From Candidatus Latescibacterota bacterium (GTDB lineage Bacteria > JAAXHH01): a DNA stretch of 64,000 nucleotides. Positions 56,217-64,000 of the stretch are shown piece after piece (position 1 is the first letter of the stretch; every line of letters begins with the position of its first letter). The stretch is from NCBI GenBank assembly GCA_022823465.1, contig JAJEHX010000029.1, forward strand, positions 7,852-71,851, in the 5' to 3' direction. The position numbers and the translations under genes are program-made. The notes under the pieces are model-generated. The model was not told the DNA's origin, did not search any database, and saw nothing but the letters and a program-made list of their open reading frames with translations.

Positions 56217-58736
56217 ATGCCCGACCCCACGACCAACACATCGCGACAGGTCTCGATCCCTGTTCTCCGCCATGAAAGACCCCGGTTGTTCAGGCCGGTA
56301 GACGATCCGGGTTTCGAGTACAAGCCACCGGCCGATCCAGTGCGACGGCGCATCCTCTCCAACCTGCTGGACGATTGTGAACTGTATGCAGGTCAGCGGC
56401 CGTGGAGGTGGGTCCCTAGACGGACACACAGCCCACACCCCAACCACCAGCTTTACCTGACCTTCTACACCGCCATGCAGGCCACGGCCCTGATCGAGAA
56501 TTACGCCTTCGCCTGGCGGCTTACGGGCGACCCGCGCTGGCTTGACCGAGCTCGCGCATGGCTCAGGACCGCGGCGGTTTGGGACCACGGCGACCACGTG
56601 GAGGAGCACTTTTACACGGCCAACCGTTACATGCACGCTTTCGCGCTTGCCCTCGACCTGATGGACGAGGTACTGTCCGATGTCGAGAAGCGCCATGTCC
56701 GAGAATGTCTCGTGGAGTTGATGGACCGCTGGTGGCCGTACGTGGACGAACGGCGGCACTTAACGGCAGGCGGGCACCACACCGTCGTCGACTATGGGCA
56801 CTTCGGGGTGGCCGCGGTGCACCTGCTGGGTGAGCACCCCCGGGCGGAGGCATGGCTGCAGGCGGTTATCGATCGCTTCCGGAGCGGCGTCCTGCCCCAC
56901 GGCTGCGGTCCCGGCGGCGAGCCCGTGGACGGCCCTACTTTCTGGGCTTTTGAAAACCTCTGGCTCCTGCATTTTGCCGATGCGCTACGCAATGTTACCG
57001 GCATCGACCTGATGAGCGAGGTACCGGACCGGTTTCGTCGCCCGCTAAAATGGTTCCGCGCCCACTGGACGGCGCCTCGCGAGATCCCCGATCAGCTCTA
57101 CTATCCCGTAAATGCCAACATCGTGCTCGGCGGCCAGCTCAATAACAGTTCGCCGGTACTTCTGAGGCTGGCCCAGGAGGCCGGAGACGGAAGGCTGCGC
57201 GACGTGGCGCTTTCCGATCCCCGCCTGGGCAGGCTGTATCGCTTCGGAATGGGCGTCAAAGGTTCGACGGCGGAGTGTATGATATCCTACGGGCCATACG
57301 CTTATTGCTACTATGATCCCGCTTTCCGCCCGTCCAGGACGCGGCGCGTGACTTCGCTGGCGGGTCGTTTCAGTATGTACACGGGTGGTTTCGCCGTGAT
57401 GCGCAGCAATCACGAGCCCGATGCGGCAATCATGTGCGTCAGCGGGTTCGACGGCGGCCTGGCCGCCAATTTCATGAGCCTGCACGTCCAGTGGGCGGGC
57501 AGTCCGCTGCTCCGCACGATCAGTGCCTTCGAGGCCCAGCCGGTGACTTGCGGCAGCCTGCCCTGCGTGGGCGGCCAGAACGAGACCGTCGCCGTGCTGG
57601 GCGGGCTGAAGCGCACGGAGGACTGGCAGCGGCTGCGTGTCTCCTCCCGGCGAACCGAGCACGAATACTGGATCTCTCGCGGGGAGCATCCGGTTCTGCT
57701 CGTGGCGGTGAGGCGCCGGCCGCGCGGCGTGTGCGTCATTAAGGACGGCGGTTCGCTGATCCAGTTGCGTGGCGGCGACGTCCTGCAGTACGAAGCAAAA
57801 CCCTGGTTCCGTGCCAACGGAGGACGCCTGCGTCTTCGCTTCCGGTTGCGGGGACAGGCAAGCGGGCCCCGGGTGCTGTTCAACGCCGGGAACGGTGTTG
57901 GCGGGCATTGCGGGACGGGGGTCAATACATTCGCCCTCTTCGCCGATACGGACGGCCACCTGAATTTCAGTGTACAGAGCCAGAACAGCAACCTGGTTAC
58001 CGTGCAAGCGCCGGGTCCGGTAGATGTCGGAACCTGGCACGACGTTCAAATCGCCTGGGGTGGCTTCAACCGCCGCGGTGACAGGCCATGGATGGAGATT
58101 GCCTTGGATGGCAAGTCCAGTCGTCAGGACGACCCTGCGGTCTTCGGCGAGATGGGACGGGACACGCAGGGTCTCGCTTCACGGATCGAACCGAGGACGT
58201 TCTACGTCAGGCCCAATACGGCCCTGGCCTTCGGCGGATCGGTACAGACGCCCGGGGTCTCCGCGGATTGCGATCTGTCCCTTATCGAACTAAGTTGTCC
58301 GGGCCGACGGGAGTTAACCATAGATCCAGCAAGTGGGATAGGTCCTGAAACGGGGAGCGGTGAATTGGCCTACAAGCTGAATCCGGTGGATCTGCGCGGC
58401 CTGGAAGAGGACCGCGCCCGTCTTGGCGCCGGATCGCGCGTTGTGGAGGTGATTTCGGTGTTCGGAAAAGGACTTCAGTGGCGAACGGAGGAGGTGCCCT
58501 ATGCGCCTTCAGGACTTGCCGCCGGAAGCCTGGTCAGCTTCCTTCCGAATGCTACCGCCGCATCAACGCGGCTGGTGGCGGGTACGGACGACGACGTCCT
58601 GGTCCTTGCCTTCTGCAGCAGTTCGGCGAAGGCTCGGGTCAACCGTGAGGACGACCGGTTCAGTTTGAGCGCGGGCGAGCGGGAGTATTCATTTGAGGTT
58701 TCGCGGGGGAGGGGTGCGATACTGCTTCAGACTTGA
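56217..58736 (+). CDS. Heparinase II/III-like (alginate-lyase-like alpha/alpha toroid) polysaccharide lyase family protein with a C-terminal concanavalin/laminin-G-like domain
   Basis: 839 aa. The N-terminal alpha-toroid region (WRLTGDPRWLDRARAWLRTAAVWDH...) is followed by a beta-rich region (GTWHDVQIAWGGFN...). Family call is by overall architecture; moderate certainty. Confidence 0.5.
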   Translation: MPDPTTNTSRQVSIPVLRHERPRLFRPVDDPGFEYKPPADPVRRRILSNLLDDCELYAGQRPWRWVPRRTHSPHPNHQLYLTFYTAMQATALIENYAFAWRLTGDPRWLDRARAWLRTAAVWDHGDHVEEHFYTANRYMHAFALALDLMDEVLSDVEKRHVRECLVELMDRWWPYVDERRHLTAGGHHTVVDYGHFGVAAVHLLGEHPRAEAWLQAVIDRFRSGVLPHGCGPGGEPVDGPTFWAFENLWLLHFADALRNVTGIDLMSEVPDRFRRPLKWFRAHWTAPREIPDQLYYPVNANIVLGGQLNNSSPVLLRLAQEAGDGRLRDVALSDPRLGRLYRFGMGVKGSTAECMISYGPYAYCYYDPAFRPSRTRRVTSLAGRFSMYTGGFAVMRSNHEPDAAIMCVSGFDGGLAANFMSLHVQWAGSPLLRTISAFEAQPVTCGSLPCVGGQNETVAVLGGLKRTEDWQRLRVSSRRTEHEYWISRGEHPVLLVAVRRRPRGVCVIKDGGSLIQLRGGDVLQYEAKPWFRANGGRLRLRFRLRGQASGPRVLFNAGNGVGGHCGTGVNTFALFADTDGHLNFSVQSQNSNLVTVQAPGPVDVGTWHDVQIAWGGFNRRGDRPWMEIALDGKSSRQDDPAVFGEMGRDTQGLASRIEPRTFYVRPNTALAFGGSVQTPGVSADCDLSLIELSCPGRRELTIDPASGIGPETGSGELAYKLNPVDLRGLEEDRARLGAGSRVVEVISVFGKGLQWRTEEVPYAPSGLAAGSLVSFLPNATAASTRLVAGTDDDVLVLAFCSSSAKARVNREDDRFSLSAGEREYSFEVSRGRGAILLQT

Positions 58737-58791
58737 GGACTTCTGGATAGCGGTAGGAATCATGCCCAGGTGTACCGGACTTTCAGGTCGT

Positions 58792-59058
58792 TCAGTTGTC
58801 TGTGGGGTAAGAATCCCTTCGATACCCAGCTTCACGACTCAGCCAGAAACCGATTGTACTTCCCAGAACTCGTGCCAGTTTAATAGCACTTGCTTTCGAG
58901 ATTGCAGCCTTCAGTTCACTCACGTGCTTGCGCGACACACCTAACCGGTCCGCTAACTGAGCTTGTGTCCAATTGCGCTCTTCGAGCAGCTCCTCTATGG
59001 TGCGGCCGGGTGGCGAGATCCAGTCTCGTTTTAGAGAATCTTCCCTTGCTTTACCCAT
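58792..59058 (-). CDS. HigA-family HTH antitoxin (COG3093/VapI-like); apparently orphan
   Basis: ...GRTIEELLEERNWTQAQLADRLGVSRKHVSELKAAISKASAIKLARVLGSTIGFWLSRE. There is no room for a toxin gene in the 72 bp upstream; start taken at MGKARED. Confidence 0.65.
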   Translation of the reverse strand: MGKAREDSLKRDWISPPGRTIEELLEERNWTQAQLADRLGVSRKHVSELKAAISKASAIKLARVLGSTIGFWLSREAGYRRDSYPTDN

Positions 59059-59159
59059 TGAAATCCCCCCACCGGCAAGGCATATCACACGTTAAATGAG
59101 TATATTGCTACACTTTGTATTGGTGTAATTTGGGTCGAACATTTCGTATTTTTGTGTCC

Positions 59160-59885
59160 TCAATCCTTCTTCTGCTTTGCCAACCATTCCCACAATTCAG
59201 GATCGCCATACGCATTTTCCCATGCCCCCACGTGGCCTGCTTCAGGGTACACGGTAAAGCGGACGTCCCCACCGGCCGCCTCTAGCGCATCGACCATCTC
59301 CTGAGATTGCTGGAGCGGTACGGCTGTGTCTTTCGCGCCGTGGAAGACCCAGGTCGGAATATCCTTCATCAGTGGCGCCTTCGCAGGCTCTCCTCCCCCG
59401 CAGATGGGAACTGCCGCGGCGAGTAGGTCAGGATAGGTACAGGCCAGTCCCCACGACCCGTATCCGCCCATGCTCAGGCCAGTTACGTAGATCCTGGACT
59501 CATCGATGCGATGGGTATCGACGACTTCATTGATCAGCGCATGCAGCGCTTCGATGGACCACCACACCTCCTCCGGACACTGCGGCGAAATGACCACGTA
59601 AGGAAAGTCCCTGCCCTGTTCGATCATTTTGGGAGGACCGTGGACCTTTACCATTTCCAGGTCGTCTCCACGTTCGCCCGCGCCATGCAGGAACAGAAGC
59701 AGCGGCCATTCCTCTTCGCTACTGTCATAGGAAGGCGGGAGGTATTTCAGGTACTTCATCTCGGTAAGCTCTCCATTTTCAAGTACCAGACGCTGTGCGA
59801 CCTGTCGCTCAGCGGGCTGAGCATCGCAGTGTTGGACATTCCACAGGAGGCAGCACATCACGGCCGAGAGGCAAAGACTTCGCAT
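59160..59885 (-). CDS. Secreted alpha/beta-hydrolase esterase (PHB-depolymerase/carboxylesterase-like)
   Basis: Signal peptide MRSLCLSAVMCCLLW; oxyanion-hole region LLLFLHGAGERGDD; nucleophile elbow GLSMGGYGSW. Confidence 0.75.
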   Translation of the reverse strand: MRSLCLSAVMCCLLWNVQHCDAQPAERQVAQRLVLENGELTEMKYLKYLPPSYDSSEEEWPLLLFLHGAGERGDDLEMVKVHGPPKMIEQGRDFPYVVISPQCPEEVWWSIEALHALINEVVDTHRIDESRIYVTGLSMGGYGSWGLACTYPDLLAAAVPICGGGEPAKAPLMKDIPTWVFHGAKDTAVPLQQSQEMVDALEAAGGDVRFTVYPEAGHVGAWENAYGDPELWEWLAKQKKD

Positions 59886-59916
59886 GGTCACCATTGGTAT
59901 CCTCATAGTTGGAAAA

Positions 59917-60306
59917 TCACCTCGGCCGTCCAAAGAACAGGATGTATCCATCGTTGTCGCGCAACTCAAAACCTCTTAACCCTTCCTCCGTATCTTCCAG
60001 TTCCCTGGTAAACCTGATATTGGCCTCGGCAAATTCCGCCGCCAGTGCATCGGGATTCTCGACGCTGATAAACGCGTCCCAGCGTGCCCAGGGGTGACGT
60101 GTACTGTTCGGCTGAGGGTTGATATCCTGAGTGATCGCCTTCAGGAGAATCTGCGTGTCGTCCCGGCCGACGATTGCAAAGAAAGGGTTCTCTTCTGGCG
60201 ACTGGTGACGGACTTCGAATCCCAATTGCTCATAAAAAGCGACTGAAGGCGCGATTTCGTCTACGATAAAAAACGGTGAGACTTTACCCAATGGCGTACG
60301 CGACAA
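59917..60306 (-). CDS. VOC family protein (glyoxalase/bleomycin-resistance fold)
   Basis: 129 aa with typical VOC-fold spacing (FFIVDEIAPSVAFYEQLGFEV...GFELRDNDGYILFF). Confidence 0.7.
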   Translation of the reverse strand: MSRTPLGKVSPFFIVDEIAPSVAFYEQLGFEVRHQSPEENPFFAIVGRDDTQILLKAITQDINPQPNSTRHPWARWDAFISVENPDALAAEFAEANIRFTRELEDTEEGLRGFELRDNDGYILFFGRPR

Positions 60307-60416
60307 CTTCCTCTCCCATATCGGTCATCTTCATATGTGAATGCCAGACCTGCATACGACACATTCGGGTCAGGTTCAGATGACTAAAGCCAATCTGCTG
60401 ATTGATGGGCAAAGGG

Positions 60417-61520
60417 TCAAGAACGCGGGGCTGCCCGAACCTCGACCTCGGTCCCGTCCCGCACAAGCGTCGTCACTCGTAGCACGCCCGGCCTAACGAC
60501 TTCCGCCGCCAGTTCCTGTTCCTCCACTGTCACACGGGGATCCCGGCACCAGGCGGCCGGCACATTGGCTTCCAAAGTCAGACTGCGGTACGGCACCTGA
60601 TCGGGCAATTCCGGCAGGACGATGCGATAGCGCTGCGAACTTATATTACCACCTACGGTTGCACCGCCTGCGGTCGCACCACCAGCGGTCGCACCACCGG
60701 CCATTTCTCCATCGTCATCGCTCGTTCCAGCATCTTCAGGCCCATCTCCGGCCACCGCCTCGATCCGGGCGTGACGCCGCATCAGGTGGTAGCTGAGTAC
60801 TTCCTCCGGCACCGCGCACCAGACCGAGTCACCACCCTCGCTCAGTACCGTCTCAAGGCGTTGCCGAAGCTGGGCTTCGGAGCAATCCTTGTTGGGATGG
60901 ACGGCCGTCTCCAAAGGACAGTGACAGTAATCGATGATCCAGCCCTGCACGGCCTGGGCCTGGCGGATATTTCGGTAGGGGTCATAGGCGCTGTAGAAGG
61001 GCGGGTAGTAGTGGTCGTGCAGGGCCGTGCGGTTGATCCAGAACAGTTCATCTCCTGGAAGATTAAGCGCGTCCGTCAGACTCATGGCGCCCAGGTAGCC
61101 GTAGTTGCGGCAGGCCTCGAGAACGTGGTCGGCCATGTTCGTGTTGTCGCCCGGCGAGCAGTAGAGAATGATCGACTCGCCGAGCGCTTCCTCCAGTACC
61201 TCCTTGGCCTGATCAATTTCTCTGTCCACCATCTCCGGCGTGATGATCTCGTGGCTCCACGAATGGTTCCCCACGCCCCAGCCGCGGGCGAGCAGGTCGC
61301 GCAATTCGTCCGCATTCATGTGGCGATACCCGTTGAAGCTCGAGTTGCCGATGTTGCGGACCTCGCCCATTTGGCCGACCACGACTTCCACGTGGCCGGG
61401 GATGCCGTACTCCTCGTGCATGGGGATGGCGAAGCGGTGCAGATCGGCGAGGGCCTCGTCGTAAGTGATCGAGTAAACCCAGCGCTTGCCGTATTTCCAG
61501 GGACTGATGCTCAGACTCAT
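60417..61520 (-). CDS. Polysaccharide deacetylase (CE4/NodB-homology) family protein
   Basis: NodB motifs TYDE (motif 1 variant) and GNHSWSH (motif 2). C-terminal Gly/Ala/Thr repeat GGATAGGATAGGATVGG. Confidence 0.75.
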   Translation of the reverse strand: MSLSISPWKYGKRWVYSITYDEALADLHRFAIPMHEEYGIPGHVEVVVGQMGEVRNIGNSSFNGYRHMNADELRDLLARGWGVGNHSWSHEIITPEMVDREIDQAKEVLEEALGESIILYCSPGDNTNMADHVLEACRNYGYLGAMSLTDALNLPGDELFWINRTALHDHYYPPFYSAYDPYRNIRQAQAVQGWIIDYCHCPLETAVHPNKDCSEAQLRQRLETVLSEGGDSVWCAVPEEVLSYHLMRRHARIEAVAGDGPEDAGTSDDDGEMAGGATAGGATAGGATVGGNISSQRYRIVLPELPDQVPYRSLTLEANVPAAWCRDPRVTVEEQELAAEVVRPGVLRVTTLVRDGTEVEVRAAPRS

Positions 61521-61619
61521 GGTATCCTGTTGTTATACATTCTAATGACCGTGTTCCTCTTGTCCGGTTCCTGCCCGGTTATCTCGGATCCGGCTCTTGG
61601 ACCATGTTCCTGATCTGAC

Positions 61620-62398
61620 TCAAGTCTGCTCACCGTTCAGCTTCTCGATCGCAGTTTTGAACTGAGCAAAGGAACACCCGTATCCCAGGCTCCACTCGAA
61701 GATATGCAGGCCATAGTTTGTCGCCAGCCGCTGCGGGAAGGTGTCCGGCGACTCCACCCCGACGGTCGCGTCTCGCATCACCACGCAGCGGTACCCGCGT
61801 GCCAGCATCTGACGGGCGCCACCCTCGGCGCCGAGCAGGCACATGTCGGCTGCGAACCCCGTGTAGATGAGCGTGTCCACATCGTGGCTACGAAGATATT
61901 CGTCCAACACATCCGAGTAGAAGACGAGCGGTTCGTCGCCAACCGGGGACACGATTTCGGCGCGACGCATTTTCGCCAGGGGCGAGCGCTCCATGTAGTC
62001 GACGCCGTGGGCCCGTTCGAGCATCTCGCGCTGTCGCGGGTGTATGGACGCCGGTTCTCCCTCGCGCCGCGACGCGATGCTGGTATACTGGCGGTCCATC
62101 CAGTCGGTCTCGACGTGGCACACCGCCATGCCGATCGAACGGGCCAGGTCCATGGCCGGGCGGATGACCTCGGCCATGATGCGCCCGGCCTCCTCCGTCG
62201 CCTGAGGCCAGCCCATGCCGACACAGTAGTCGTTATCCTCGGGCGGTCCGTCGGGGCAACCGATGTTCCAGCAGTGCATGCCGACCAGTGCGGTCTTGTC
62301 CACGGGCAGTGAAAGGGTGACTTCTTCGTACCCGGCCCGGTCCGTAGGCACGGATCGATAGTAACGGGCCGAGAGTTGAAGCGTGGCTTCACTCATCG
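61620..62398 (-). CDS. Isochorismatase-family cysteine hydrolase
   Basis: From MSEATLQ...; conserved ...LIYTGFAADMCLL... region. The listed ORF has an artefactual Arg/Gly-rich N-terminal extension. Confidence 0.7.
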
Positions 62399-63676
62399 CC
62401 GGTTCTCGTCCGCGACGCGGCGCACGATCGCGGCCGCCTGTTCGCAGTGATGGGGCTCGTACTTGTCGCAAAACGAGCTCCAGCGGATGAAGCGCTCCAA
62501 TACCTCGTGGGCGTTCGGACAGCTTTCCGCGTCGTATCGGTAGGTATGCGACGCCGGCGGTTGCGAGTACGGGAAACGTTGTTGCTTTGCCGCCTCGTCC
62601 AGGAAGGGCAGCGCCACCGGAAGCAGGTAATAGCGCATCGGGCTCGCCCCGGGGATCCCTCCGGCCGCGACCTGGGCGCCAAATTCCTCCACGTCGCATC
62701 GGAACTGATCCGGATCAATGGTGAATCCCGCCATCCAGCAGGAGTACGCCTCGGTCTCCGGTGGAATTGGCAACGCCGTGATGCCCGGGATTTCGTCGAG
62801 GTGAGCGCTAAGCAGACGGATCATGCGATCGCGTTTCTCCACCTGTGGTTGTATGATCTCTAGCTGGGCCAGGCTGATCGCCGCGGTGGACTGGGTCATG
62901 CGATGGGCGAAGCCGTTGACCGTGTGTACGCGCCCGAAGTGCTCGACCATCTCGCCGGCGCGGCTGTGACCGACGAATCGTGCCCGTTCGGCCAGCGCAT
63001 CGTCATCGGTAAGGATGCAGCCTCCCACGTCGGAGCCCATGGTCTTCTCCGCGTCGAAGGAGAAGCCTCCCGCCGTCGCGAGGGAGCCGGCGTAGCGGCC
63101 CTTGTAGCGGCCGAAAACCGCTTGACAGGCGTCCTCGTAAACCACCAGGCCGTGGCGCGCGGCGACTTCGTTGATGCTGTCCATGTCGCAGATCAGGCCG
63201 CTCAGATGCACGACGAGAATCGCCCGGGTGCGGTCGGAGATGCATGCCTCGATGGTCTCGACGCTCACATTGATCGTGCCGGGCGCGGTATCGGCGAACA
63301 CGGGGATGTAGCCGGCGCTGATCAGGCCCTGCACGGTGCCGAAGTCGCTGACCGAACTGACCACGATCTCGTCGCCGGGTTCGAAGTCGAAGGCCGCGGC
63401 CAGTACGGCAAGGGCCGGCGTGCACCCCGGCGTGGCGATGCAGTGGGCGACGCCGTTGGCCTCGGCGAAGGCACGTTCGAACCGGCCCACCAGGTCGCAG
63501 GTCAGCCCGGAGTCGACGACCTCGGCCAGGTACTCCATGGCGCGCGGGCCGATCTCCCGGGGAAAGGGCTGGGGCAGTGGTCCGGTAGCCTGCTGCTGGG
63601 TTGCGGCCCCGTATCGCGCGTGCTCACGCTGGCGGCGGCTGGCCACGGTTTCGGATGTCATGTTTCCTCCGTTCAT
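62393..63676 (-). CDS. DegT/DnrJ/EryC1/StrS-family PLP-dependent sugar aminotransferase
   Basis: Family-typical ...VVSSVSDFGTVQGLISAGYIPVFADT...LSGLICDMDSINEVAARHGLVVYEDACQAVF...SFDAEKTM (Lys in SFDxxK). Confidence 0.85.
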   Translation of the reverse strand: MNGGNMTSETVASRRQREHARYGAATQQQATGPLPQPFPREIGPRAMEYLAEVVDSGLTCDLVGRFERAFAEANGVAHCIATPGCTPALAVLAAAFDFEPGDEIVVSSVSDFGTVQGLISAGYIPVFADTAPGTINVSVETIEACISDRTRAILVVHLSGLICDMDSINEVAARHGLVVYEDACQAVFGRYKGRYAGSLATAGGFSFDAEKTMGSDVGGCILTDDDALAERARFVGHSRAGEMVEHFGRVHTVNGFAHRMTQSTAAISLAQLEIIQPQVEKRDRMIRLLSAHLDEIPGITALPIPPETEAYSCWMAGFTIDPDQFRCDVEEFGAQVAAGGIPGASPMRYYLLPVALPFLDEAAKQQRFPYSQPPASHTYRYDAESCPNAHEVLERFIRWSSFCDKYEPHHCEQAAAIVRRVADENRR

Positions 63677-63745
63677 ATCGTTAGATTTCGGACCCTGCTA
63701 TCGCGTAGCGTAATGCGTCTTTGGCAAGATTCCGTCGCGAACGCT

Positions 63746-64000
63746 TTATCCCGCCCTCGCGCCATCCGGCACGGGTCGTTCGGGTACCAGGAGGCACGGG
63801 GTGAGTCCGTCCGCATACCCGATATCGAACAGCATGCCCTGAGAAACCTCGCCGGCCATTTTCCTCTCGGCCAAGTTCACCACGAAGAGCGCTTGTTTTC
63901 CTTCGATTTCCCGCGGATCTGACCTCTCTTGCTTGATGCCTGCAAGGATCGACCGGGTGTGATCGCCAAAGTCGACCGCCAGCTTCATAAGCTTATTGGA
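63746..64000 (-). CDS. tRNA-binding domain protein (CsaA/Trbp111/EMAP-like OB fold); N-terminus beyond the window
   Basis: ...EIEGKQALFVVNLAERKMAGEVSQGMLFDIGYADGL matches the tRNA-binding OB-fold family. Reading continues past position 64000. Confidence 0.5.
   Translation of the reverse strand, partial: SNKLMKLAVDFGDHTRSILAGIKQERSDPREIEGKQALFVVNLAERKMAGEVSQGMLFDIGYADGLTPCLLVPERPVPDGARAG

Overview
High-GC (~65%) bacterial chromosomal window carrying mostly housekeeping genes, interrupted by lower-GC accessory stretches (about 28.7-32.6 kb and 47.2-53.6 kb). Gene content suggests an Acidobacteria/Gemmatimonadota-like organism; this is an inference from the ADOP-type duplicated FtsX permeases, the imuA-imuB-dnaE2 cassette and class II RNR.

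Recognisable core genes:
- coaA
- nrdR-nrdJ (B12-dependent class II ribonucleotide reductase)
- rarA
- trpS
- lexA-imuA-imuB-dnaE2 SOS mutagenesis cassette
- four paralogous ~800-aa orphan FtsX-duplicated (ADOP-type) permeases plus one decayed remnant
- a NaChBac-like voltage-gated channel
- an S9 peptidase
- a carbohydrate-modifying set: sulfotransferase, heparinase II/III-like, CE4 deacetylase, DegT aminotransferase and an esterase

Most unusual features:
- Two same-orientation arrays of a 23-bp-period repeat (core ACTTGCAATCAGMCG) that exactly bracket a DUF4143/COG1373 AAA ATPase gene between dnaE2 and tfoX.
- A HigB (COG3549) toxin followed by a HigA-type HTH antitoxin fused to an ImmA/IrrE HEXXH metallopeptidase domain.
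- A perfect 8-2-8 palindrome, AACAGACAAATGTCTGTT, upstream of lexA; this is a candidate non-canonical SOS operator.
- Several families of intergenic tandem repeats with ~39-bp or ~20-bp periods.
- A very low-GC islet encoding a histone H1-like basic protein and a frameshifted TIR-like ORF.
- Two paralogous small membrane-protein genes sharing a ~105-bp, 90%-identical segment.
- An ECF sigma factor with a ~280-aa C-terminal extension of unknown function.

No CRISPR array, rRNA or tRNA was recognised.
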